A stretch of DNA of 64,000 bases, counting the filler, from Vicugna vicugna (lineage: Eukaryota), in assembly GCA_013265495.1 (NCBI GenBank). It is 81 parts of 78 records of this genome, joined end to end, with 100 filler letters (N's around TTAATTAATTAA, not from the genome) between each part and the next. Parts side by side here need not be neighbours in the genome. Positions count along the whole stretch, not along the records: positions 12,553 to 13,286 come from MU058616.1; positions 13,387 to 14,317 come from PNXW01005406.1; positions 14,418 to 15,013 come from PNXW01005407.1; positions 15,114 to 15,317 come from MU058617.1; positions 15,418 to 16,150 come from MU058618.1; positions 16,251 to 17,049 come from MU058624.1; positions 17,150 to 18,091 come from MU058625.1; positions 18,192 to 19,021 come from PNXW01005429.1; 73 more parts are not named here. The stretch is one strand, 5' to 3'. Both the position numbers and the translations under genes were made by a program. Below the pieces are notes generated by a model. The model did not search any database. It worked only from the letters and a program-made list of their open reading frames with translations, and was not told the DNA's origin. Below, piece after piece: positions 12,855 through 24,680 of this stretch (position 1 is its first letter; each line of letters starts with the position of its first letter).

Positions 12855-13386
12855 NNNNNNNNNNNNNNNNNNNNNNNNNNNNNNNNNNNNNNNNNNNNNN
12901 NNNNNNNNNNNNNNNNNNNNNNNNNNNNNNNNNNNNNNNNNNNNNNNNNNNNNNNNNNNNNNNNNNNNNNNNNNNNNNNNNNNNNNNNNNNNNNNNNNNN
13001 NNNNNNNNNNNNNNNNNNNNNNNNNNNNNNNNNNNNNNNNNNNNNNNNNNNNNNNNNNNNNNNNNNNNNNNNNNNNNNNNNNNNNNNNNNNNNNNNTATT
13101 TGGGAGAACTCCAGGCCTCGTGTAGTCCCTGGTAGAGAGTGCCCACTGAGTTGATGGTTGAACTGGGAAAAAAGCACAGTAAATGTTGGAATTTCCATTA
13201 TGGTTGAGAATTCCATGTTTCTATAACCTGTTTAGCCCACATTAATATTGGCTGCACCCACACTGGGTAATTTGGTGGAATTTCATNNNNNNNNNNNNNN
13301 NNNNNNNNNNNNNNNNNNNNNNNNNNNNNNTTAATTAATTAANNNNNNNNNNNNNNNNNNNNNNNNNNNNNNNNNNNNNNNNNNNN

Positions 13387-14317
13387 GCTAATACTTGGAT
13401 TTAGAGCCCAACCCAAACTTTCCCCAGCACTTCGTATCAGGCAACCAAAGAGGGTAGACATGTTAAGCGATTTTATAAGAACCAAGGCCCTGCTCTCAGT
13501 TGGAGGAGGCTGCCCACACTCAGGATAACTGTGCAAGTGTTCGTGTGTGTGCTGGAGGTGTGGAAACAGACTCCACGGATCTTTATGGGGGCACAGGTGT
13601 TCCCAGGTTAGGGATGTAGTTTAAACACCTCCACAAACCATAGAGAGGTCATCGCAAATACTTGGTTTCGGAGCCCAAACCACACTGTCCCCCGCACTCC
13701 CGCCTAGGCTTTCCATCAGGGAAGACAAGCAAAGGGATTCAATTAGAACCCAGGCGCTGCTGTCAGTTGGAGGAACTTCCCTGCACTCAGAATTCCAGAA
13801 CACATTCTTAGGTGTGGGAGAGTAGTGCAGTCACACTGCACTCAGATGAATTGAGGAAAAGGTGTTCCGTTCAGGGAGAAGTCCTCTAAGTAGTTCCTAA
13901 GTGGATCAGGGGGCACTTACAGCTACTTGGCCCCCAAGCCCAACCCCTAGCTTTCCATCATGGCCTGGCCTAAAGGAACACTCAGGGAAAAGAAGCTAAG
14001 GGATACTAAAAGAACCCAGGTGCTGCTGTCAGTTTGAGGAATTTCCCCACACTCAGAATACCAGAACACAACTTCGTGTGTGTGCTGGATGTAGGGAAAC
14101 AGTCAATCATCTTCCAGGGGGCACATATATAGCATGGTTGTGGGTTGTAGGTGAAAACCCACATCCCATGGATAGGCTCTCGCTAATACTTGGTTAAGAG
14201 CCCAATCCCAACTTTGCCCCGCACACCGGCCTTGGCAAGCCATCAACAGGGGGCACTTACAGCTACTTGGCCCCCAAGCCCAACCCCTAGCTTTCCATCA
14301 TGGCCTGGCCTAAAGGA
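13387..14317. repeat. Satellite E, reverse orientation, three diverged monomers
   Basis: CTCAG landmark at 13519, 13786 and 14052 (spacing 267, 266). Confidence 0.92.
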
Positions 14318-14417
14318 NNNNNNNNNNNNNNNNNNNNNNNNNNNNNNNNNNNNNNNNNNNNTTAATTAATTAANNNNNNNNNNNNNNNNNNNNNNNNNNN
14401 NNNNNNNNNNNNNNNNN

Positions 14418-15013
14418 ACAGAGATGCAGTCGCTAATACTTGGCTTTAGAGCCCATCCCACAACATCGCTTACTGCTAGGCCTTGGAAAACACTTAGGGA
14501 AGCCAAGCTAAGGGATTCAATTAAAACCCAGGTGCTGCTGTCTGTTGGAGGTACCTCCCCACAATCAGAACCCCAGAACATTTCTTCCTGTGTGTGCTGG
14601 GCGAGGGGAAACAGCACACGCATTTTCCAGGGGTCACAGTAATTCCCAAGTTGTGGGTTGTATATTAAACACTTCCACTGCCCATGGAGAGGCACACGCT
14701 AATACTTAGTTTTAGATCCCAAATCCCACTTTCAACCACACACTGGCCTAGTCAAACCATCAGGGAAGACAAGCAAAGGGATTCTATTAAAACCAAGACG
14801 CTGATGTCAGATGGAGGAACTACCCCGCCCTAGCCCTCAGGATACTGGAATCCATCCTTGTGTGGTGCGGAGATTTGAAGCCCCACTCCACGCAGATGAA
14901 TGGGTGCTCAGGTGTTTCCCTTTATGGAGAATTCATCTAAAGACATCCTCATTCCATCGGGGACACTCGTACTATTTGGCCTCAAAGCCCAACCCCCAGG
15001 TTTCTCTCAGAGT
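14418..15013. repeat. Satellite E, reverse orientation
   Basis: Reverse complement aligns with 56809-57184. Confidence 0.92.
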
Positions 15014-15417
15014 NNNNNNNNNNNNNNNNNNNNNNNNNNNNNNNNNNNNNNNNNNNNTTAATTAATTAANNNNNNNNNNNNNNNNNNNNNNNNNNNNNNN
15101 NNNNNNNNNNNNNTTAGTAATTCTGAACACGCGCTCTGCTTTCTCTTAGGGTAGAATAAATCTAATAGAATACTTTTCAGGTTTTATTTTTCAAGCACTA
15201 TGTAGCATAAAGCTTTTTCCTCCCCTAAGACTAAACTGACTAAACCATGGGTGATTACACTCCCTCTGTCAACAAAAATTATCTGATTCTTCCTTTAATT
15301 TGAAAAATCGGATGGTGNNNNNNNNNNNNNNNNNNNNNNNNNNNNNNNNNNNNNNNNNNNNTTAATTAATTAANNNNNNNNNNNNNNNNNNNNNNNNNNN
15401 NNNNNNNNNNNNNNNNN

Positions 15418-16150
15418 GAATGCTAGGGGGGGTTTCCAGGAAATCCCAGTTACATAGGTTGCCTCCCCAAGGTCACGGAAGCTATTTCTCGGACTTCCTC
15501 AAACAGGGAACACCTGTGAATGAAGAGACCTGCGTGGAGTTGTCTCTCCAGGTCCCCCACGCACTGAAAATGGTTCCGGAATCCTGAGTGTGGGGAGGTT
15601 CCACCAACGGTCGGCAGCGCGTGGGTTCTAACTGGATGCCTGAGCTCGTANNNNNNNNNNNNNNNNNNNNNNNNNNNNNNNNNNNNNNNNNNNNNNNNNN
15701 NNNNNNNNNNNNNNNNNNNNNNNNNNNNNNNNNNNNNNNNNNNNNNNNNNNNNNNNNNNNNNNNNNNNNNNNNNNNNNNNNNNNNNNNNNNNNNNNNNNN
15801 NNNNNNNNNNNNNNNNNNNNNNNNNNNNNNNNNNNNNNNNNNNNNNNNNNNNNNNNNNNNNNNNNNNNNNNNNNNNNNNNNNNNNNNNNNNNNNNNNNNN
15901 NNNNNNNNNNNNNNNNNNNNNNNNNNNNNNNNNNNNNNNNNNNNNNNNNNNNNNNNNNNNNNNNNNNNNNNNNNNNNNNNNNNNNNNNNNNNNNNNNNNN
16001 NNNNNNNNNNNNNNNNNNNNNNNNNNNNNNNNNNNNNNNNNNNNNNNNNNNNNNNNNNNNNNNNNNNNNNNNNNNNNNNCCCTCGCACTGACAATGCTTC
16101 CGGAGTCCTGAGCGTGGGAAGGTTCCAACAACGGTCGGCAGCGCGTGGGT
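15418..16150. repeat. Satellite B, reverse orientation (internal gap)
   Basis: GGTTCCGGAATCCTGAGTGTGGGGAGGTTCCACCAACGGTCGGCAGCGCGTGGG core. Confidence 0.95.
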
Positions 16151-16250
16151 NNNNNNNNNNNNNNNNNNNNNNNNNNNNNNNNNNNNNNNNNNNNTTAATT
16201 AATTAANNNNNNNNNNNNNNNNNNNNNNNNNNNNNNNNNNNNNNNNNNNN

Positions 16251-17049
16251 ATAGAATACATAATACAGAACCCAGAATTTAGAACATGGAATGCAAAACA
16301 GAATACCGAATATAGCATACAGAACACAGATCCCAGAAATTAGAACATGGATTTCAGAACTCAGAATTTAGAATACAGAATACGGAATACATAATATAGA
16401 AATTAGTACACAGATTGTAGAACACAGAATATAGAATATAGAATACAGAATTCAGAACCCAGAAATTAGAACATNNNNNNNNNNNNNNNNNNNNNNNNNN
16501 NNNNNNNNNNNNNNNNNNNNNNNNNNNNNNNNNNNNNNNNNNNNNNNNNNNNNNNNNNNNNNNNNNNNNNNNNNNNNNNNNNNNNNNNNNNNNNNNNNNN
16601 NNNNNNNNNNNNNNNNNNNNNNNNNNNNNNNNNNNNNNNNNNNNNNNNNNNNNNNNNNNNNNNNNNNNNNNNNNNNNNNNNNNNNNNNNNNNNNNNNNNN
16701 NNNNNNNNNNNNNNNNNNNNNNNNNNNNNNNNNNNNNNNNNNNNNNNNNNNNNNNNNNNNNNNNNNNNNNNNNNNNNNNNNNNNNNNNNNNNNNNNNNNN
16801 NNNNNNNNNNNNNNNNNNNNNNAATGCAGAACTCAGAGTTTAGAAAATGGAATTCAGAACACAGTATATAGAATATAGAATACAGAATGCTGAATATAGA
16901 ATGTGGAATATAGAATGTAGAAAAATTAATATAAAATATACAATACAGAATTCAGAATAAGGAATTTAAAACATGGATTTCAGAACACAAAATTTAGAAT
17001 AGATTTTACACAATATAGAATGTAGAATATAGAATGTAGAACACAGAAT
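16251..17049. repeat. Satellite C, GA-rich strand
   Basis: GAATATA/GAATTTA/GAACACA/GAACATG heptamers. Confidence 0.93.
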
Positions 17050-17149
17050 NNNNNNNNNNNNNNNNNNNNNNNNNNNNNNNNNNNNNNNNNNNNTTAATTA
17101 ATTAANNNNNNNNNNNNNNNNNNNNNNNNNNNNNNNNNNNNNNNNNNNN

Positions 17150-18091
17150 CCATACTTTAGAACATGGAATGCAGAACACAGAATTTACAATATAGAATAC
17201 AGAATACTGAAGATAGAATTTAGAATATAGAATGTAGAACATAGTATAAAGAATATAGAATACGGAATGCAGAATATAGAATGTACAATATAAAATGAAG
17301 AACACAAAATATAAAATATAGAATAGAGTATATAGAACTCAGAATTTAGAACATTGAAATGCAGAACACTGAAATTAGGATATAGTATACAGAATACTTA
17401 ATAAACAATTAAAAAATTGAATGTAGAACACAGAATATAGAATATAAAATACATAATACTGAATGTATAATTTAGAATAAAGAATGTAGAAAACAGAATA
17501 AAAAATATAGCTTAAAGAATATTGAAGCCAGATTTTGGAACATGGAAAGCAGAACCCACAGTTTCGAATATAGAATACAGAATACTGAATATACAATTTA
17601 GAATATAGAATGTAGAACACAGAATATAGAATATGGAATAAAGCATACTGAATATAGAATTTAGAATATAGAATGCAGAACAAGGTATTTATAATATTGT
17701 ATACAGAAATCTGAATATACTATTTAGAATATAGAATGTAGAACACAGAATATAGAATAGAGATTATAGATTATACAACCCAGAATTTAGAACATGGAAT
17801 GCATAACACAGAATAGAATATNNNNNNNNNNNNNNNNNNNNNNNNNNNNNNNNNNNNNNNNNNNNNNNNNNNNNNNNNNNNNNNNNNNNNNNNNNNNNNN
17901 NNNNNNNNNNNNNNNNNNNNNNNNNNNNNNNNNNNNNNNNNNNNNNNNNNNNNNNNNNNNNNNNNNNNNNNNNNNNNNNNNNNNNNNNNNNNNNNNNNNN
18001 NNNNNNNNNNNNNAATACTTAATATTAAAAAATTGAATGTAAATCACAAAATATAGAATATAAAACACATAATACTGAATATATAATTTAG
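17150..18091. repeat. Satellite C, GA-rich strand
   Basis: AACAT(G/T)G at 17161, 17350, 17539 and 17791 (spacing 189, 189, 252, all multiples of 63). Confidence 0.95.
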
Positions 18092-19938
18092 NNNNNNNNN
18101 NNNNNNNNNNNNNNNNNNNNNNNNNNNNNNNNNNNTTAATTAATTAANNNNNNNNNNNNNNNNNNNNNNNNNNNNNNNNNNNNNNNNNNNNAACCATGTG
18201 CTCTAAAGACTTGATGTTTTCCAAGAGATCAATAAAAAATGTCTTTGATTTTTTTTTTACAAATTAAGTGAGTGATAGTTGGGTTTAAATATCTCATCTG
18301 TAAGTCAGAAGCGTTAATAAACAAGGTTACCAACCAAAAATATTTTATTCCTCAAATCTGTCCCCTTTCTGTATTCTCAAATTCATTCATATAAGTTCTT
18401 TAACACATTGAATGAGGCCATCATCAGAAGCCTGCCTAGACCATGACCTTGCCTTCCCATAGCAAGTCTTGTCTCACTGAGCCTATTCTTCATTATAGCA
18501 CCTTATGATCAACCCTACCCATCTCCCCAGATTCAGGTTACGCACTGTTATTTTGTATCAAATAAGCCATGCGTTCTCTAGGCCGAGCATTTTACCTTGC
18601 ATAGAATATTCTTTGCCCTCCTTCATCATGAGCACACTGCCTGTGCAATTCATTTCCACTGCTAGTAAATCATTTTAGCAGAGTTATTTATGTGATTTTC
18701 TTGCATTATTATAATAGGTTAGAATAGAAACATAAGTACATAGATAAATACATCACTGCCCTTGTAATTAAATCTCTACTTGTTTAAAGTCAGTTTTCCC
18801 CATTTAATTTTATACGAGTAATTATGCATAACTTATCCATAGTAATTCAAGGAAATAACCAATGTTACAGATTAAATGTACTTCAATGTAAGCTCCTTAA
18901 AATAGATACTTTTTCTCATATTCATCTCTACATATCTAGACATTATTTAGTATCTAATAACAACATACTCTTTCAATAAGAAAATATCTTCTTAGAAATC
19001 TCCTACTAAAATCTAACTCTTNNNNNNNNNNNNNNNNNNNNNNNNNNNNNNNNNNNNNNNNNNNNTTAATTAATTAANNNNNNNNNNNNNNNNNNNNNNN
19101 NNNNNNNNNNNNNNNNNNNNNCAGCCGTGCAGGCCTCCCTGCCCCGGACTTTACTTTTAACCCATGGTGGCAGTAAATAGCTGTCTCCATGCCTGTTGCA
19201 GCTGACGTCCACCACTGTCGGCCTTGTCATTAGTTTGCGGTAGTGAGTCTCCAACACCCCAGTCAACCGTGAAGGAAGATGGTTTGGCCGACCTAGGAAC
19301 TTGCATTCTCACCTCTACCCTGGTTCATCTCACCCGGGGGAAGGGTTTCGCCACCACCATCATGCTGTCCATGAGGCCTTGTTTGTCCTTTCATGCTCTG
19401 GTCCAAAAGTGGACACTTCATTTTTCACTGAATTTGCCTCGCTTGAGTCAGGCCAGAATATCTGAATGAGTCCATTCTGGGTGGGGAACAGAATAGAAGT
19501 AAATATCTCAAGTAGGTCTAGGCTGTCCTGGTTGGCAAATGAAGGCTGGGATCTGTGATGGCCAGGCTTCATCCTGGACACAGGCCTTTCCCGTTGCTCC
19601 CGAGAGTCCAGGGGTCGGATTGAGAACAGACTTTCCTGGGATCCTCCATCCTCATCTGCTCACTGGCAATTGTGTCTGCTAATTAGGAGCTCCCCCAGAC
19701 CTCGGGCCCTTCAAAGCTCAGACCACGGGAGAATCTTGAGTCCCTTCTCCTGGGCCTCCTTTGTGAGAATCCAGTGCCTTTTGAGGTGACCTGTGCCAGG
19801 AGATGCCTCCCCCTCCAGGGAGCTCCCTACAGAGGACTNNNNNNNNNNNNNNNNNNNNNNNNNNNNNNNNNNNNNNNNNNNNTTAATTAATTAANNNNNN
19901 NNNNNNNNNNNNNNNNNNNNNNNNNNNNNNNNNNNNNN

Positions 19939-20723
19939 CTATATTCTAAATTCTGTGTTCTATATTGCATATTCATATTCTATATTCAGTATTCTGTATT
20001 CAATATTCTAAGTTCTGTGTTGTCCATTCCATGTTCTAAATTTTGTGTTCTATATTCTGTATTCTATACTATATATTCTGTGTTCTACATTCTATATTCT
20101 AAATTCTATATTCAGTATTCTGTACTCTATATTCTAAATTCTGTGTTCTACATTCTATAATATAAATTCTGTATTCAGTAATCTGTATTCTATTTTCTAA
20201 ATTCTGTGTTCTGCCTTCCATGTTCTAAATTCTGGGTTCTATATTCTCTATTCTATATTCTATATTCTGTGTTCTACATTCTATATTCTAAATTCTATAT
20301 TCTGTATTCTTTATTCTATATTCTNNNNNNNNNNNNNNNNNNNNNNNNNNNNNNNNNNNNNNNNNNNNNNNNNNNNNNNNNNNNNNNNNNNNNNNNNNNN
20401 NNNNNNNNNNNNNNNNNNNNNNTATATTCAGTAATCTGCATTCTATATACTAAATTCTTTGTTCTGCATTCCATGTTCTAAATTCTTCGTTCTATATTCT
20501 GTTTTACATATTCTAAATTCTGTGTACTACATTCTATATTCTGTATTCAATATTAGGCATTCCGTATTCTACATTCCATACTCTGTGTTCTACATTCTAT
20601 TTTCTAAATTCGATATTAATTATTCTGTATTCTATATTCTATATTCTTTGTTCTACATTTCATATTCTAAATTCTGGTTTCTATATTCTCTATTCAATAT
20701 TTTGTGCTCATTACTCTACATTC
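19939..20723. repeat. Satellite C
   Basis: Heptamer array; ATGTTCTAAA at 20031 and 20220 (spacing 189). Confidence 0.95.
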
Positions 20724-20823
20724 NNNNNNNNNNNNNNNNNNNNNNNNNNNNNNNNNNNNNNNNNNNNTTAATTAATTAANNNNNNNNNNNNNNNNNNNNN
20801 NNNNNNNNNNNNNNNNNNNNNNN

Positions 20824-20902
20824 GAGCCTAGAAAACAGGGCACAGGTTTAAAGCCAAAGGAACACATCCAACATGGAGTCAAATTTGTTCTTTTCTATTA
20901 CA
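20824..20902 (-). mobile_element. 5' end of an ERV1-type LTR
   Basis: Minus strand begins TGTAATAGAAAAGAACAAATTTGACTCCATGTTGG, with the TG start and GACTCCAT.TTG motif common in ERV1 LTRs; truncated by the scaffold end. Confidence 0.6.
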
Positions 20903-22636
20903 ATTTATTTTTCCACCTCATAAATAGTTTTAGTAAGAAACATGAGCAATTTTTTTTTTTTTTGCTTCTCTATAACGGATAAGTGAGCCAACTATAGTTA
21001 TGTGAGCAGGGATTCTGTGCGTGCCTTGGGGTCACAGCAAACTCTTGTTGGGGGTGGCTGACCCTGCAAAATGTCTGATGCCCCGTGACTGTTGGCGAGG
21101 GTCCCCCTAGCCAGGGGCTCTCTTCAGGAACCACCATATGGGCATTGACCTCTGGAGAACTTTTTCAGCTGCAGGAAACTTTTTCAGATACTGTGATGGA
21201 AAAATCACTCCAGTAATGGAAAAATCACTCCAGTTGGGGATAATCAGGGAATACAGGAAGAGGAAAAGTGCTTGGAGTAGAGTGGAAGAGGACAGAAGAT
21301 CAGGGAGCCTGGGGGCCTGGCAGCGGGTCCTCAGGAGAGAGAGGAGCAGAGATGGGGAGGGTACCAGCTCCTGNNNNNNNNNNNNNNNNNNNNNNNNNNN
21401 NNNNNNNNNNNNNNNNNTTAATTAATTAANNNNNNNNNNNNNNNNNNNNNNNNNNNNNNNNNNNNNNNNNNNNAGTCTCTTATGCAGACTTTCACCAGGC
21501 TTCGTGCATGGTGTTTTTCATTGGATTTCTGCTTTGTGGTCATATAGTCTCCTAATAGAAGAGAGAAAGTGGAAACATAGACATTCTGCTGAGATATTGG
21601 TGTCATCATATTTGAGTTGGAAAGGACTTAAGACAGCATGGAGTCATAACTTTTTATGGGTGAGAATCCATGATGTTGTAACTTGGAGAAGAAACTGGGT
21701 CTTCTGCCATCTTGTCCACGCAGGTGAAGAGGCAACTGGGAGGGGATGGCAGGGATCCTTCTTGCTTGAATTCCATGGTCTTGCTAGTTTTCATTGCTCA
21801 GCTGCATTTAGTTTATGTCCATGAGGCCTCTCATGGGAAGGTCACTCTGTCCTGATATATTGAGTTCCCACTCATATTTCCCAGAGTTTTCTGCTGACCT
21901 GCTGACACTTTATATAAATGAGACCTAAGAAACTACTCAATNNNNNNNNNNNNNNNNNNNNNNNNNNNNNNNNNNNNNNNNNNNNNNNNNNNNNNNNNNN
22001 NNNNNNNNNNNNNNNNNNNNNNNNNNNNNNNNNNNNNNNNNNNNNNNNNNNNNNNNNNNNNNNNNNNNNNNNNNNNNNNNNNNNNNNNNNNNNNNNNNNN
22101 NNNNNNNNNNNNNNNNNNNNNNNNNNNNNNNNNNNNNNNNNNNNNNNNNNNNNNNNNNNNNNNNNNNNNNNNNNNNNNNNNNNNNNNNNNNNNNNNNNNN
22201 NNNNNNNNNNNNNNNNNNNNNNNNNNNNNNNNNNNNNNNNNNNNNNNNNNNNNNNNNNNNNNNNNNNNNNNNNNNNNNNNNNNNNNNNNNNNNNNNNNNN
22301 NNNNNNNNNNNNNNNNNNNNNNNNNNNNNNNNNNNNNNNNNNNNNNNNNNNNNNNNNNNNNNNNNNNNNNNNNNNNNNNNNNNNNNNNNNNNNNNNNNNN
22401 NNNNNNNNNNNNNNNNNNNNNNNNNNNNNNNNNNNNNNNNNNNNNNNNNNNNNNNNNNNNNNNNNNNNNNNNNNNNNNNNNNNTTTAATTACATTTTAAA
22501 TCTTTGTAGTAGTTAGAATATGTAGCTATAAAAAATNNNNNNNNNNNNNNNNNNNNNNNNNNNNNNNNNNNNNNNNNNNNTTAATTAATTAANNNNNNNN
22601 NNNNNNNNNNNNNNNNNNNNNNNNNNNNNNNNNNNN

Positions 22637-24206
22637 CCCCCCTAGCATTCCCTGGCACAGAGAAATTTGGAAATCCCTCAGAGGAGAGAAGCTTAGGCTT
22701 CCAGTTAGAACCCACGTGCTGCCGACCGTTGGTGGATCCTCCCCACGCTCAGGATTCCGGAAACATTGTCAGTGTGTGGGGGAGCTCGTGAGACAACTCC
22801 ACGCAGCTCACTTCAGGCACAGGTGTTCCATGTTCTGGGAAGTCCGAGAAATACATTCCCTAACTTGGGGAGGCAGCCTCTTTCACTGGGATATCCTGCA
22901 AACCCCCCTAGCATTCCCTGCCACAGGGACATTAGGAAAAACCTCAGGGAAGACGAGCTTAGGCTTTCAGTTAGAACCCACGTGCTGCCGACCGTTGGTG
23001 GAACCTCCCCACGCTCAGGATTCCGGAACCATTGTCAGTGCGTGGGGGAGCTCGAGAGACAACTCCATGCAACTCTCTTCATTCACAGGTGTTCNNNNNN
23101 NNNNNNNNNNNNNNNNNNNNNNNNNNNNNNNNNNNNNNNNNNNNNNNNNNNNNNNNNNNNNNNNNNNNNNNNNNNNNNNNNNNNNNNNNNNNNNNNNNNN
23201 NNNNNNNNNNNNNNNNNNNNNNNNNNNNNNNNNNNNNNNNNNNNNNNNNNNNNNNNNNNNNNNNNNNNNNNNNNNNNNNNNNNNNNNNNNNNNNNNNNNN
23301 NNNNNNNNNNNNNNNNNNNNNNNNNNNNNNNNNNNNNNNNNNNNNNNNNNNNNNNNNNNNNNNNNNNNNNNNNNNNNNNNNNNNNNNNNNNNNNNNNNNN
23401 NNNNNNNNNNNNNNNNNNNNNNNNNNNNNNNNNNNNNNNNNNNNNNNNNNNNNNNNNNNNNNNNNNNNNNNNNNNNNNNNNNNNNNNNNNNNNNNNNNNN
23501 NNNNNNNNNNNNNNNNNNNNNNNNNNNNNNNNNNNNNNNNNNNNNNNNNNNNNNNNNNNNNNNNNNNNNNNNNNNNNNNNNNNNNNNNNNNNNNNNNNNN
23601 NNNNNNNNNNNNNNNNNNNNNNNNNNNNNNNNNNNNNNNNNNNNNNNNNNNNNNNNNNNNNNNNNNNNNNNNNNNNNNNNNNNNNNNNNNNNNNNNNNNN
23701 NNNNNNNNNNNNNNNNNNNNNNNNNNNNNNNNNNNNNNNNNNNNNNNNNNNNNNNNNNNNNNNNNNNNNNNNNNNNNNNNNNNNNNNNNNNNNNNNNNNN
23801 NNNNNNNNNNNNNNNNNNNNNNNNNNNNNNNNNNNNNNNNNNNNNNNNNNNNNNNNNTCCACGCAGCTCTCTTCAGTCACAGGTGTTCCCTGTTCGGGGA
23901 AGTCCGAGAAATACCTTCCCTGACCTTGGGGAGGCAGCCTCTGTCACTGGGATATCCTGCAACCCCCCCTAGCATTCCGTGGCACAGAGATATTAGGAAA
24001 ACTCTCAGGGGAGACGAGCTTAGGCTTTCCGTTTGATCCCACACGCTGCCGTACGTTGGTGGAACCTCCCAACGCTCAGGATTCCAGAAACATTGTCAGT
24101 GCGTGGGGGAGCTCGAGAAACAACTGCACGCAGCTCTCTTCAGTCACAGGTGTTCCCTCTGGGGGGAATTCCGAGAAATACCTTCCCTGACCTTGGGGAG
24201 GCAGCC
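22637..24206. repeat. Satellite B (internal gap)
   Basis: GTTAGAACCCACG at 22704 and 22970 (266); ACGCAGCTCT at 23861 and 24128 (267). Confidence 0.96.
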
Positions 24207-24615
24207 NNNNNNNNNNNNNNNNNNNNNNNNNNNNNNNNNNNNNNNNNNNNTTAATTAATTAANNNNNNNNNNNNNNNNNNNNNNNNNNNNNNNNNNNNNN
24301 NNNNNNAAGGGGCACTGGATCCAGTGGAGCGTCCAGCCTGCTTCCCCGCCAACCCTTAGGGCTTTCGTGGGGCCTGGAAAATCAACTACCCTCCCCTTAG
24401 GGGCCCGTTTGTCCTTTCCAGCCAACAGACCTAGGTCATAAGCACTTTAACTCACCTGAGGGTGTTTTCCTCACTTGAGGGGCAGTGAGGACTGGGCTTC
24501 TTCACACTCCAAGTGCCCCCGGTCTGGACGCAGACAGCCTGGCTCATCCCTCAGTCCTGCAGGTCCCGGCCACACCTGCTGCTGCTCACTGAGTCTGGGC
24601 TGTGTCCTCTTCCAG

Positions 24616-24680
24616 GACAAGAGGTGCACTCTGCCCCCCACCCGCCCCCACCAGCGGTGGCAGAGGCGGCGAACAGGCAG
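24616..24680 (+). CDS. Candidate 65-bp internal exon of an unidentified host gene
   Basis: Acceptor GTCCTCTTCCAG|G at 24615/24616 and donor CAG|GTGAGC at 24680/24681; all three frames open, one reads QEVHSAPHPPPPAVAEAANRQ. Protein not recognised. Confidence 0.35.
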
